Positions 42,838 to 52,559 are shown, numbered from the stretch's first letter. The stretch is 62,956 nucleotides of DNA from an uncultured Desulfurococcaceae archaeon (GCA_964636755.1 CAZWSU010000066.1:1-62956); one strand, 5' to 3'. Notes: generated by a model not told the origin, from the sequence alone. Numbers and translations: made by a program.

Positions 42838-44889
42838 TCAAGATCCCTCATCTTTAGAGCTCAATTTGATGTGTTCAAGAAAATCTGCTAAATTCCTTAA
42901 TCCTTCCTCAACGCTAGGGGGCTCCATTCCCTCACCCCCAATTTCCTTCCTACCTAAAATCGAGACTAATTTCGTTGTTACGTCTTTCTTCCTACCTCTG
43001 CTTTTAGACTTCCCAAGTATTTGAGTAACTATATTCTTCTCGACCAGCATCTCAGCTATTGGGCACACGTCAACACATACTTTACAGCCTGAACACATAG
43101 AGGGATTCACGTAAGGTCTTCCGTCGAGGATTTTAATAGCGTTACGAGGACACCAATTAACACAACTTAAGCAATTAACGCACTTAAGCCACCTGACGCC
43201 GAGCTTCACAGCTGTAATAACTTCCTCGAGCGCGTTACTTGAGATAGCTCTTATGACACCTTCCGCACTTACCTGTATTATGCCGTCAAAGGACTTAATC
43301 TCCAGTAATTCGTTAGTGATCATCGAGTGTTTATATCCTAGAACCCTCCACTGACTTAAGAAGGAATCTAGCGGTAATTTGGGGGTAATCTTAACAGAGA
43401 CTTCCTCACCGCTTCGAGGACCGCCTAACAAAGTTGCTTCAAAACCTGATCTCTTAATGAATTCCGCGACCCATGAAGTGGTGGTGATGCCGGCCCATCT
43501 CTCAACCCTCTTCCTTCCCTGAGCCTCTGGGTTATGCCATCTCCACAAATGTCTTGAAACATAACATTCAGGCAGTCCGCGCTCGGCAGACCACCCCTTT
43601 AGGAAATCCTCCCATCTACACCATAACTCCGGATATTTCTTCCTAACCTCGTAATACTCAGCAACATTAGCCGCTGGACACAAGTAACAACCGAGCCTCT
43701 CAAAGCCCTCGAAATAGAGTGGATTAACCGGCAATTTATTGATATATATGTATGACCAAACACTTATTTGATCCCAATCTTGCACTGGCGACATAGATAA
43801 GACTTCAGGTAACCACCTATTCCTCCATACACTACCTGAAAGAGACCTGTCGATGGACTCAAAAGCTCTCTGCCCAACGACTGATAAGACGTTCCCCCGG
43901 AAATTCTTTTTGTAAGCTCTAGATATGGGAACCAGCTTTATCACCTTACAACACCACCTATAATCTTTCCCTGGAGGACCGAAGACCTTCACCGCCTCCC
44001 AGAACTTATTGTCCGCGTTCGCGTTGATTAATCTCAAGCCGTAAATCTCGCTGACTTCATTAACATTCTTAACCGTCTCAGGTAATTCAAGACCTGTATC
44101 GTTGAATAACATCGCTGGCTCTATACCAGCCCTAAGAACCAGGTGGAGAGCTACTAACGAGTCCTTACCACCAGAATATGAGACAACTACGGGCAACTTG
44201 GTTTTTTCAGACATTATAGCGACGTTCTTCACCCCTCTGGAGATTCTTGACCTAATCCAGAGCTCATTACTCTTCATTAAGTCCTCCAACGTAGCTTTCT
44301 TCCTCACCGGTTCCTCAGAACCTTTCTTAAATAATGTCTGCACCCTAAACTTGCCTCTCTTCGTTAAAGCTAGGGCCACAGGCTCCCCGGACCTATCAAC
44401 AACGACTGCTTGCTCACCCTCCCTACCACCATCACCTAAGGGTTCCAGAGGCTTGGGCTTGTCTACAACGAACCTCCTAACTAGCCCCTCGTTGAGTGCT
44501 ACCACCGAACTATACCTGCTTAACCTCCACCTCCAACACATTGAGTCGAGATCGAAGTGGAGTCTCCCGACGATAACCCCGCCGACTATGACTTCCCTCA
44601 TATCGTCTACGTGGGGCACCTTATTTAGGAAGAACAGGCTCGAGTTTAGGTCAAGGAGCTTCGTTAACTTAGGCGTGCCGAATTCATTCTCAATCCCTTC
44701 CTCAATTATCCTTAAATCGCCGGGAAAGCCGGGTCTTATGTCCCCGGGCTCCCCCACATGTAGTTCAACGCCTTCACCCCCGCATCTACCGCATGTTTTC
44801 TCTCTGAGAGGGACGTTACAGTTATTACACCAGTACAGCTTGAGCTTCACACCCCACCTCCTCATTAAGACCCTCACCCCCCGCAACAC
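42838..44889 (-). CDS. PAPS-reductase-family PP-loop protein with N-terminal zinc ribbon and C-terminal 2x[4Fe-4S] ferredoxin domain
   Basis: Zinc ribbon CNNCNVPL...CGRCGG; PP-loop VVVSYSGGKDSLVAL; CysH/DndC-family blocks (DYRWCCKV, GQRAFES, RLGCYLCP); ferredoxin motifs CVNCLSCVNWCP and CSGCKVCVDVCP. The likely start is at the internal MRRWG. Confidence 0.8.
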   Translation of the reverse strand: MLRGVRVLMRRWGVKLKLYWCNNCNVPLREKTCGRCGGEGVELHVGEPGDIRPGFPGDLRIIEEGIENEFGTPKLTKLLDLNSSLFFLNKVPHVDDMREVIVGGVIVGRLHFDLDSMCWRWRLSRYSSVVALNEGLVRRFVVDKPKPLEPLGDGGREGEQAVVVDRSGEPVALALTKRGKFRVQTLFKKGSEEPVRKKATLEDLMKSNELWIRSRISRGVKNVAIMSEKTKLPVVVSYSGGKDSLVALHLVLRAGIEPAMLFNDTGLELPETVKNVNEVSEIYGLRLINANADNKFWEAVKVFGPPGKDYRWCCKVIKLVPISRAYKKNFRGNVLSVVGQRAFESIDRSLSGSVWRNRWLPEVLSMSPVQDWDQISVWSYIYINKLPVNPLYFEGFERLGCYLCPAANVAEYYEVRKKYPELWCRWEDFLKGWSAERGLPECYVSRHLWRWHNPEAQGRKRVERWAGITTTSWVAEFIKRSGFEATLLGGPRSGEEVSVKITPKLPLDSFLSQWRVLGYKHSMITNELLEIKSFDGIIQVSAEGVIRAISSNALEEVITAVKLGVRWLKCVNCLSCVNWCPRNAIKILDGRPYVNPSMCSGCKVCVDVCPIAEMLVEKNIVTQILGKSKSRGRKKDVTTKLVSILGRKEIGGEGMEPPSVEEGLRNLADFLEHIKLSSKDEGS

Positions 44890-44915
44890 TCAAGTCGCTG
44901 TAATCGTTACATCCC

Positions 44916-45947
44916 CTAAAGAGACCTCATTTTGTAAAACTCGTGACTCCTGTCCTTAATCCACTCTAGTAAAGAGTCTATGCCGATCCCTTTAAGCGCG
45001 CTTATCTTGTATGGTTCGCCGTCATAAACCTCTTTAACTAGCTTTGAGACCTCAGCTAATCTCTCCTCAGAGGTCTCATCTATTTTATTTATAGCTACTA
45101 AGATGGGTTTGTCACTGAACATCGTCTTAATCATTTGGAGTAAATCGATCTGTTGTTCTATGGTGTAGTAGCCGGAGGGTCTGGGATCAATCAAGTATAT
45201 TAGCGCGTCTGCAAGGAACTTAATAGCTACTAAGGCTCTCTTCTCTATTTCGTTAAGCTCTGAGATTGGTCTATCAAGTATTCCCGGGGTATCGAAGACT
45301 TGCACCCTCATGTGATCTATTTGGAGATGACCGGAAATAATGTTTTTGGTGGTGAAGGGGAAGGGCGATACCTCAGGTTTTGATGATGAGATCCTACCCA
45401 CCAGAGTTGACTTACCCACTTGAGGCATCCCTGAAACAACTACCTTAAGGTTGTTGAAGTCTATGCAAGGTAACTTCCTCAACTCGTTGATAGCTACCTC
45501 AAGCTTCTTTAAATCCTTGTTGAGCCTCCTAATCACCGATAAAGACCTACCGATAAATTCCCTCAAATCTTTCTTAGCTTCCTCAGTGGTTAGAGCTAGC
45601 CTTACGCGGATTCTGTAATACCTCCACAACTTTCTAATAACTTTCTTAAACCCCCTTAATCTTGCGTAGAGGGTCTTGTAATCTGTTATCCCTGAGATAG
45701 CTAAGAGTTCGGCGTAGAAAGGATTCAGTGTGTCCGGATTAGGCAAGGCGTTCAATACTTCAAAAACCTTATTGAGGGTTTCGTAAGTCTTATCAACCCT
45801 GACCAAATACTTCATTAAGTTCTTCTTTCTTACTTTCTTAGCTAGAGTGACGGGCTCTGAGTAAACACTCATTAACGCTTCCCTAACCTCGGCGTAATCC
45901 CATATCCTAACGTTCCTTAAGGCCTTACTTAAGCACCCCTCCTCCAC
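44916..45947 (-). CDS. NOG1-type (Obg/DRG-related) GTP-binding protein
   Basis: G1 GMPQVGKST, G3 DTPGILDR, G4 NKID, plus a long helical N-terminal domain as in archaeal NOG1 homologues. Confidence 0.85.
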   Translation of the reverse strand: MEEGCLSKALRNVRIWDYAEVREALMSVYSEPVTLAKKVRKKNLMKYLVRVDKTYETLNKVFEVLNALPNPDTLNPFYAELLAISGITDYKTLYARLRGFKKVIRKLWRYYRIRVRLALTTEEAKKDLREFIGRSLSVIRRLNKDLKKLEVAINELRKLPCIDFNNLKVVVSGMPQVGKSTLVGRISSSKPEVSPFPFTTKNIISGHLQIDHMRVQVFDTPGILDRPISELNEIEKRALVAIKFLADALIYLIDPRPSGYYTIEQQIDLLQMIKTMFSDKPILVAINKIDETSEERLAEVSKLVKEVYDGEPYKISALKGIGIDSLLEWIKDRSHEFYKMRSL

Positions 45948-46198
45948 AAAACTTCACCACGTCTCCTAATCTCGACCACTCTGTGGAGGGGGATCACAGC
46001 ATCCCCCAAGATCAGCCTATCCTTCATTAATTTAGTGATTTCACTGGCTTTAATCTCCTTCAAAGAGCTAATCGTTTTCCTGTCTAGGACTACGATGACG
46101 TAATCCCCCAACTCCTCAGCCGGTGTTGTGTGGATTATTTTCTTGATCAACTCGTAGTTTTCTAATCTCTTAATCGCCAGCACCCCTACCTTAAACAC
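45929..46198 (-). CDS. DUF504 / MJ1316-type RNA-end-recognition domain protein
   Basis: 89 aa ending IPLHRVVEIRRRGEVLWRR, the family hallmark as I recall it. Overlaps the GTPase gene by 19 nt. Confidence 0.6.
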   Translation of the reverse strand: MFKVGVLAIKRLENYELIKKIIHTTPAEELGDYVIVVLDRKTISSLKEIKASEITKLMKDRLILGDAVIPLHRVVEIRRRGEVLWRRGA

Positions 46199-46261
46199 TC
46201 ATTTCTCTACACCGTATTAAACCTTATATTATGTGTTTGACTCAATTAATTAGGTGTTTGT

Positions 46262-46870
46262 ATGTCGTACGAGAGGATAGGTACAGGCGCTACGGCAGTC
46301 GGCATCAAGACTGGGGAAGGTGTGGTTTTAGCTGCTGAGAAGAGGGTGTCTTACGGCGGATTCGTGATGAGCAGGGGTGGTAAGAAGGTATTCACTATTA
46401 AGGATAGGTTTGGCTTAGCATTCGCAGGCCTCTTCTCCGATATTCAGACACTAAACAGGACCATGAACGTGTTAATACATTCATACGAGTTAGAGAATAA
46501 TAGACCTATAAGTGTTTACTCGGCTGCGAGACTACTCTCAATCATCTTATACCAGAATAAGTGGTTGCCTTACATATCTGAAGTGATTTTCGGCGGGGTT
46601 GATGAGACAGGAACTCACCTGTACGTGATGGACATGCTTGGGTCGCTAATAGAGGACGTGTACGCGGCTATAGGTTCTGGAGCGCCGATAGCCATAGGTA
46701 TCATAGAGTCTAAGTATAGGGACGACATCTCCTTAGATGAAGCAACGCAGATAGCTGTGGAAGCCGTCTCAGCAGCTATAAAGAGAGACGCCCTCTCAGG
46801 AGACGGTGTGGACGTGGTGACTATAAGACCTGGTAAAGTAACTGAGAAATTCGTGAGTCTCATAACGTAA
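46262..46870 (+). CDS. psmB: Proteasome beta subunit (apparently lacking the Thr1 nucleophile)
   Basis: Aligns by hand to Thermoplasma and M. jannaschii beta subunits. E17, R19 and K33 are conserved (LAAEKRVS...GGKKVF). The mature N-terminus reads G-A-T-A-V-G instead of G-T-T-T-V-G. Confidence 0.88.
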   Translation: MSYERIGTGATAVGIKTGEGVVLAAEKRVSYGGFVMSRGGKKVFTIKDRFGLAFAGLFSDIQTLNRTMNVLIHSYELENNRPISVYSAARLLSIILYQNKWLPYISEVIFGGVDETGTHLYVMDMLGSLIEDVYAAIGSGAPIAIGIIESKYRDDISLDEATQIAVEAVSAAIKRDALSGDGVDVVTIRPGKVTEKFVSLIT

Positions 46871-46881
46871 GGAGGCCTCAC

Positions 46882-47529
46882 ATGTCCTTTTTCGATCATG
46901 TCAGGGCGTCAGCACTGCAGGAGAGACTTTCTAGGCTCGTTAATACCTCGCACGAACCGCTCAAGATCGACGAGGTTGTCGGGCTAGACTTGTCGTACGT
47001 TGGTAACACCGGAGTGGCCGTAGCCACACTACACAGGTACCCTGACATGAGTTTAGTGAGGTATGCCATAGCCTCTGACGAGGTTTCAGTTCCTTACGTG
47101 CCAGGACTCCTAGCTTTCAGGGAAGCACCGCTTATGTTCGTTGCTTACGAATTGCTGGGTACGGACCCAGACCTGATCCTAGTTAACGGGCACGGCATAA
47201 CACACCCGAGGTCTTTCGGCATAGCGTCACACGTGGGTGTGGTTCTTGACAAGCCCACGATAGGCGTTGCTAAGAAAATCCTCTCGGGAAGGGAGGTATT
47301 TGTCGATGGTGAGAGGTACTTAGAGAATAACGGGGTTTTAGGAGCTTACGTAGTTGTGAAGGGTGCTACGAAGGTGTACATGAGTATAGGTAATAAAGTG
47401 AGTTTGAGATTCGTGGTCGAGATTACGCCGAAGTTATTCAAGAATAACGTGTTGCCAGAACCAATATATACCGCCGATAAAATTTCTAAGCAGGTGAGGA
47501 GTAAGATTGCACGTGATAGTAGAAGGTAA
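46882..47529 (+). CDS. nfi: Endonuclease V
   Basis: Contains VGLDLSY, PYVPGLLAFREAP and LVNGHGITHPRSFGIASHVGV...TIGVAKK, which are the Nfi catalytic blocks. Confidence 0.9.
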   Translation: MSFFDHVRASALQERLSRLVNTSHEPLKIDEVVGLDLSYVGNTGVAVATLHRYPDMSLVRYAIASDEVSVPYVPGLLAFREAPLMFVAYELLGTDPDLILVNGHGITHPRSFGIASHVGVVLDKPTIGVAKKILSGREVFVDGERYLENNGVLGAYVVVKGATKVYMSIGNKVSLRFVVEITPKLFKNNVLPEPIYTADKISKQVRSKIARDSRR

Positions 47530-47920
47530 GGTAATCACGGGCTTCGGTGTTGGAGCTAAGTACGTCGCTATGCCCCCATACAACATAATCTTGACTGAGT
47601 TAATCGACGAGGAACCGTACCCAGGAACCCTTAATCTAGAGATAAACAAGACATACGAGGAGTTAATCAAGGAATGTGCTCCGTCAATAATAAGGAGTCT
47701 CATAGTTAACGGGGTTGAGAGAGGAGGCTTCTACTACTGGTTCGGTAAGATTCCTGAACTTCCGGGAGAATGGGTTCTAATAATCAGACCTTACCTGAGC
47801 AAACACAAACCAAACGTCATAGAAATAATCTCTGGGCATAACCTAAGAGAAAAACTCTCCCTAGAAGATGGGAAGTTGCTAAATGTTAAGATATACTGTG
47901 CTGACTTGATCCCTTCATAA
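47507..47920 (+). CDS. ribK: CTP-dependent riboflavin kinase (archaeal RibK)
   Basis: GKVITGFGVGAKYV...PYPGTLNLE matches the MJ0056-type riboflavin kinase signature. Overlaps nfi by 23 nt. Confidence 0.8.
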   Translation: MHVIVEGKVITGFGVGAKYVAMPPYNIILTELIDEEPYPGTLNLEINKTYEELIKECAPSIIRSLIVNGVERGGFYYWFGKIPELPGEWVLIIRPYLSKHKPNVIEIISGHNLREKLSLEDGKLLNVKIYCADLIPS

Positions 47921-47963
47921 AACATCGAATAACTAATTATTGAAAACATAATGCTTTTTAACT

Positions 47964-48239
47964 TTGATTACATTATATATATTGTGGGCTAGTATGCCTG
48001 TAGCTATAGTTCTTATAAATACTGAGATAGGTTCTGAAGCTGACGTACTAAACGCTCTTGCCAACATAGAAGGAGTTAAGGAAATTTACGAGGTTTACGG
48101 CATGTATGACGTGGTAGTCAAGATAGAAGCTCCTACTCACGAGGCACTCAGAGACTTAATAATAAACAAGATTAGGAAGATACCTCAAGTTCGAGGAACT
48201 ACTACAATGATAGTGGTGGAGCAGAGGATAGTTTCTTAA
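47964..48239 (+). CDS. Stand-alone Lrp/AsnC-type ligand-binding (RAM) domain protein
   Basis: About 80 aa with a beta-alpha-beta-beta-alpha-beta pattern (AIVLINTE...VKEIYEVYGMYDVVVKIEAP...TTTMIVVE). The likely ATG start is at 47994. Confidence 0.7.
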   Translation: MITLYILWASMPVAIVLINTEIGSEADVLNALANIEGVKEIYEVYGMYDVVVKIEAPTHEALRDLIINKIRKIPQVRGTTTMIVVEQRIVS

Positions 48240-48433
48240 GAGTAACGAATTTAAACGTTTTTTGTTTATTTCTTGTAACCCTAGGAACAGTTTAAAAGAT
48301 CATCTATGATTGACTAGTCCGGCAGCTCTCGAGATTACGTAGGCTAATCATTATGGCGGGAGTTAAGATAATAAAGGGTTTCATGAAATAATAAAAAGTT
48401 AATGCTTGGATACGTATATTCTTTGGGGATTAC

Positions 48434-49132
48434 GTGCCCGAGGTCTTCGTAGGCACTAGTGGCTGGGTTTACGACTGGAACTTAGGAGGTACTCTAGAGT
48501 GGTACACTAAGTTCTCAGGTCTTAACGCAGTGGAGCTTAACGCAAGCTTTTATAGATTCCCCTACAAGAATCAAGTCATTGGTTGGTCGAGGAGAGGTAG
48601 TAAGCTCAGGTGGTCTATTAAGGTTCATAAAAGCGTAACTCACGCAAGTAAGATGAGTGAGAGAGCCCTAGACACGTGGTCCAGGTTCCACGAGTTATTT
48701 AAACCGTTAGAAGGAAACATCGATTTCTTCTTATTTCAGCTACCACCGAACTTTTCTTGCCGTAATGAGTTACTACGGAGAATCGAAGTCTTCTACGAGA
48801 AATCAAGACTTGAACAAAGACTTGCTGTGGAATTCAGACATCCTTCCTGCTTTACTGATGAAATAGTTGAGTGGGCTCGTGGTCTAGGGTTGACTTTAGT
48901 ATCCGTAGACTCCCCGATTATTTCCTGGGTTGTTAAGAGTAATTCCAACTTATACTTGAGACTACACGGTCGTGAGGAATGGTATGCCTATGAGTATAGT
49001 GAGGAGGAGCTTAAAGAACTGGCTAGGAGGATGATCTCTCTGAACCCTGAGAAGATCTACGTGTTCTTCAATAATAATCACTGGATGCTTGAGAACGCTA
49101 GAGTTATGTTAAGCATGCTCAAGACTTTCTAA
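48434..49132 (+). CDS. DUF72 (UPF0759) family protein, paralogue 1
   Basis: Contains VGTSGWVYDWN, NAVELNASFYRFP, FQLPPNF and LRLHGR, the DUF72 pattern. Confidence 0.85.
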   Translation: MPEVFVGTSGWVYDWNLGGTLEWYTKFSGLNAVELNASFYRFPYKNQVIGWSRRGSKLRWSIKVHKSVTHASKMSERALDTWSRFHELFKPLEGNIDFFLFQLPPNFSCRNELLRRIEVFYEKSRLEQRLAVEFRHPSCFTDEIVEWARGLGLTLVSVDSPIISWVVKSNSNLYLRLHGREEWYAYEYSEEELKELARRMISLNPEKIYVFFNNNHWMLENARVMLSMLKTF

Positions 49133-49516
49133 CTCGAGTTTCAATACGCTTAACTTATCTACTAAAAACACTCCTTTTTCTATCGCCTCAATTACTAATG
49201 GGTTTTTCTTGATTAGTAGCTTAATGAATTCTTGGTACGTGATTACTACAGGCTCTATGAGAGGATTATTCTTCACGCACTCGTGCAAAATCTCGAGCCT
49301 GTCCACAGGTTTTGGAGGTATTTTCTCTGCTGTTATTACTAAGACGTCTACATCACTCCACTCGTTATAGTCCCCCCTAGCCACACTACCGTAAACTATT
49401 ATTGTTGAATTACTTAGCTTACGTAGCACGCACTCAGCGAACCCATGTGCTCTCTCAAGATATTCTTCACGCTTCCTTATCCTCTCTTCAATAATTCCCA
49501 GACCTTCCTCACCCAA
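49109..49516 (-). CDS. Minimal nucleotidyltransferase (MNT), HEPN-MNT module 2
   Basis: Motif G-S-x2-R-G-x5-S-D-x-D is seen as VYGSVARGDYNEWSDVDVLVI. Overlaps the upstream HEPN gene by 40 nt. Confidence 0.85.
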   Translation of the reverse strand: MGEEGLGIIEERIRKREEYLERAHGFAECVLRKLSNSTIIVYGSVARGDYNEWSDVDVLVITAEKIPPKPVDRLEILHECVKNNPLIEPVVITYQEFIKLLIKKNPLVIEAIEKGVFLVDKLSVLKLELESLEHA

Positions 49517-49896
49517 TTCAATACATTCTCAGCCATGCTTATAGCTTCCAGAGATTCCTTCTCAGTATACTGTTCCTCGGGGATTCCCTCACTCCAGACG
49601 TCAGGATACCTAGTCGGTACGTAATACTTGTTTAACCTCATACAAAACTCCACGATATCTTCCGGAACCTCGCCCACGATAACTCGTAATTCTGAAAGAA
49701 GCGCTGGTAATGAGTGCCCCGCACGCGGCTTCCCAACACCCCATAGGATGGCTTTAACTGCTTTCTCAGCTGCTTGATGCGATTTGAAGCAGGCCCAACT
49801 ATAGAACCCATGCGCGTGATCTACCCTAGCAGACTCAAGAGTCCTTAAAGCGCTCTCAACCCATCTCCTAAACTCCCCCTCATCAAGCACGCACAA
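49477..49896 (-). CDS. HEPN domain protein, module 2
   Basis: Contains HQAAEKAVKAIL, AGHSLPALL and PTRYPD. Confidence 0.85.
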   Translation of the reverse strand: MCVLDEGEFRRWVESALRTLESARVDHAHGFYSWACFKSHQAAEKAVKAILWGVGKPRAGHSLPALLSELRVIVGEVPEDIVEFCMRLNKYYVPTRYPDVWSEGIPEEQYTEKESLEAISMAENVLNWVRKVWELLKRG

Positions 49897-50106
49897 CTAC
49901 CTAAAAGTTTATAACGATTACCGATTAAAATATCTAACAAAAACTATTTAGCAAGACCCTCTAGGAAAAGGTCTTTCCTATTAATCTCAAAACCTAAAGT
50001 TTAAAGGTGTTTTAGGAAATCTCTTAATTAAGACCTCCAACCCCTGCTCAACCGAGGATCATTAACCGTTAAAGTATTTATTGGTTATTACCGTATTTAG
50101 TGTGGT

Positions 50107-50634
50107 GTGTGCTTAATGGTTAATAAAGTTTTAATGATAGTAGGTCCTGAATTCGAGGATATTGAGGTTTTATACCCCTATTATAGGCTCATCGAGGAAG
50201 GTTTTGAGGTAATCATAGCAGCTCCTTCTGAGGGTAGGGTTGAGGGTAAGCACGGCTACGTTGTGAGCGCCGTGGCTTTAAGCAAGGTGAATCCTGAGGA
50301 ATACGTGGCTCTAGTAATTCCTGGTGGTAGAGGACCTGAGAGGATTAGGGCTTCAGCTAGGGAGGAAGCAATTAGGATAGTGAAGCACTTCGCTGATGCG
50401 GGGAAGCCTATCGCGGCCATATGCCACGGCCCCCAACTACTGATATCGGCAGGAGTTACTAGAGGGTTAAGGCTTACTAGCTATGTGGGGATAGCCGACG
50501 ATGTTAGGGCATCAGGTGGTGAATGGGTTGATCAACCGGTCGTTGTAGATAAGAACTTCGTGACCGCGAGAATACCACCAGACCTACCTTACTGGATGAG
50601 AGAATTCATTAAGTTACTTACTAAACAAAGATGA
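50107..50634 (+). CDS. pfpI: DJ-1/PfpI family intracellular protease/deglycase
   Basis: Nucleophile elbow AAICHGPQLL, VIPGGRGPE, and 166-175 aa in size. The likely ATG start is at 50116. Confidence 0.9.
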   Translation: MCLMVNKVLMIVGPEFEDIEVLYPYYRLIEEGFEVIIAAPSEGRVEGKHGYVVSAVALSKVNPEEYVALVIPGGRGPERIRASAREEAIRIVKHFADAGKPIAAICHGPQLLISAGVTRGLRLTSYVGIADDVRASGGEWVDQPVVVDKNFVTARIPPDLPYWMREFIKLLTKQR

Positions 50635-50668
50635 GCCCAGCCCTACCAGATCAAAAAACTTTCATGAA

Positions 50669-51073
50669 TTAAGTTTTTATAAATTGAGTTGAGAAAAGTT
50701 CGGGACATATCCTACATCTCGCAGGATCTATTATCGGTTGGAGCTTGTGGTGAAACTCACATAAGTATTTTCTACTCATAGCTAGCAAGGATATCTTGAG
50801 GAGCCTAGTCTCTATAGTCAGCCAGTCTAGGTCTTGGGTTGCTAGATCCCTGGCTAGCGCCATGACCTCACCATCTATGTCTGGGAATCTATTTACTTCC
50901 ACGGCTACCCCCCTCTCACGACTCAGGTATCTGGACACCGCTGACGGGGTTATCTTTAGTTTCTTAGCGATCTCCACCTCACTCATCTTAAACTCGCTAC
51001 TCATTAGCTCTGCTAGCCTCCTCTTCAGCGACGGGATTAAGTACCTATACCCTAACTCAAAAACCGAAGACAT
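50669..51073 (-). CDS. HTH transcriptional regulator with C-terminal Cys/His cluster
   Basis: HTH MSEVEIAKKLKITPSAVSRYLS. The C-terminal CEFHH...CRIC suggests a metal site. It is located to be co-transcribed downstream of the DUF438 gene. Confidence 0.6.
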   Translation of the reverse strand: MSSVFELGYRYLIPSLKRRLAELMSSEFKMSEVEIAKKLKITPSAVSRYLSRERGVAVEVNRFPDIDGEVMALARDLATQDLDWLTIETRLLKISLLAMSRKYLCEFHHKLQPIIDPARCRICPELFSTQFIKT

Positions 51074-52378
51074 TTAAAGTACCATCACCTTCTTTATTAT
51101 CTCCTCAGGATTCTTAATAACTTCAGTTAGGTCCTCAACAACCTCAAGGGTACCTAGGTATTTCCCTTCCCCATCCCTGACAGCCACTACGAGCACCCTA
51201 ATTATCCTATCACCTTGTTTAGTCCAGTACTCCCTGAACTCCTCACCTTTCTTGAGTCTCTCAACGTTGACTTTAACCATGCCCTCAAGTCTTGGCGGGT
51301 GGCAGAAAAGCAGTCTACGACCTATTATCGTCTTAGTCCTTACGAACCCCTTAGAAAACTTGCTCTTGGTGTAGAACCTCACCCTATCGTTTTCGTCAGC
51401 GTAGGTTAGTTCTAGAGGTAAGGACTCGAAAATAGCTTCTACCTCCTCCTTGCTTAAGAAGCCCGTGCTGAGTTCTATATCTCCTTCCTTCCTAACCTCG
51501 TAGGTATCTGCCTCAAGCTTCTTAAGAGCTAACTCCCTGAACTCCGGTGGTAACGCCTCAGCCTGCTCCTTAGTTACTGCGGGGGTTATCTCGTAAGGCA
51601 TTAAAGGCTTTGCAGCAGGCTTCCACTCCACGCTGACAGGCACTAAGTAACCGATATCCCTACCTATCTCTCCTATAGCTGCCCACTCACCCTCAGTGAA
51701 TAAGACCCAGACAGCCGGGAACAATATCTTGTTCTCCCTAAACACCAACTCACTAATCTCTCTGGAAATCTCTACAGCCTTGCTCGCTACCTCCTTAATT
51801 AATTTCTCATCACCTTGAGCTTTTTCAGTAAGCGCTCTGAGCTCTCTTATTTTTTGAATTACCTGGTCTTCACGCCCCCACAAGACTCTGGGCACTGCCA
51901 CGATCCCCCTCCTCTCTAGGTAAGGGAATATCAGCATCTGCACCTTCCTGTAATGCAATCTCACGTTCCTTAAGCTCTCTAGCACCCTCAGCAACTGCTG
52001 GAAAGCGTCTTTAAGATCCTCACCCTCAGACCTAAGAATAGCGCTCGCGTAAACCCCGAGAACCTCACCCCACTTAAGAATCAACTCATTTTCCTTAAGC
52101 AGGAGATCGAGCGGGTGCCCTTCAGGAACACCCCTTAACTCTCTAGAAGCTAGGTACTCTCTGAAAAGCTGAACATGTAGGTCACAAAGCTTAAGAATCT
52201 CACTCACACCCAGACCTTCCTTAACTAGCTGTTGCTCAATCAAAGCTATCTCGAAAGGAGATACTTGCTTCAAGATATCGCTAAACTCCTTACTCAGCTC
52301 CTCGGGCTTAACACCCTCATGAAGTTTCCTGATTAAGTTCTTAACAAGCTCTACTTTCCTTTCTTCAATATTTGACAC
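51074..52378 (-). CDS. DUF438 / hemerythrin-like / PAS-domain sensor protein
   Basis: 434 aa. The N-terminal DUF438-like block (LIRKLHEGVKPEEL...VSPFEIALIEQQL), a central helical His-containing region and a C-terminal PAS-like fold (FCHPP...) fit the family from memory. Confidence 0.6.
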   Translation of the reverse strand: MSNIEERKVELVKNLIRKLHEGVKPEELSKEFSDILKQVSPFEIALIEQQLVKEGLGVSEILKLCDLHVQLFREYLASRELRGVPEGHPLDLLLKENELILKWGEVLGVYASAILRSEGEDLKDAFQQLLRVLESLRNVRLHYRKVQMLIFPYLERRGIVAVPRVLWGREDQVIQKIRELRALTEKAQGDEKLIKEVASKAVEISREISELVFRENKILFPAVWVLFTEGEWAAIGEIGRDIGYLVPVSVEWKPAAKPLMPYEITPAVTKEQAEALPPEFRELALKKLEADTYEVRKEGDIELSTGFLSKEEVEAIFESLPLELTYADENDRVRFYTKSKFSKGFVRTKTIIGRRLLFCHPPRLEGMVKVNVERLKKGEEFREYWTKQGDRIIRVLVVAVRDGEGKYLGTLEVVEDLTEVIKNPEEIIKKVMVL

Positions 52379-52559
52379 GTGTCACACCAAGAAGAAATCC
52401 TTTTCAGAGCTTATAAGCTTTTTCAAGTGAAAGCCCCTCTTTAGGATGGGGATGTAGAGGAGAGTAGGAACCACGTTATGTGATTTCTAGCGGGATCTTG
52501 GTGATGAGGTCTAGATCATGTTCGGGATTATTTTAAGATGTGCCTTAGGTTGGGGATCT

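Noticed and set aside
44102-44959. 285-aa plus-strand ORF, the longest unexplained ORF in the track
   Set aside because: It lies entirely antisense to the well-supported PP-loop/ferredoxin gene. Its composition is Ser/Thr/Pro/Leu-rich and low-complexity, which is typical of the antisense frame of a real gene. No motifs.
52501-52507. Perfect C box GUGAUGA in the spacer upstream of MNT module 3
   Set aside because: No CUGA (D or D') follows at 10-15 nt or anywhere suitable downstream, and there is no C' box. It is probably fortuitous.
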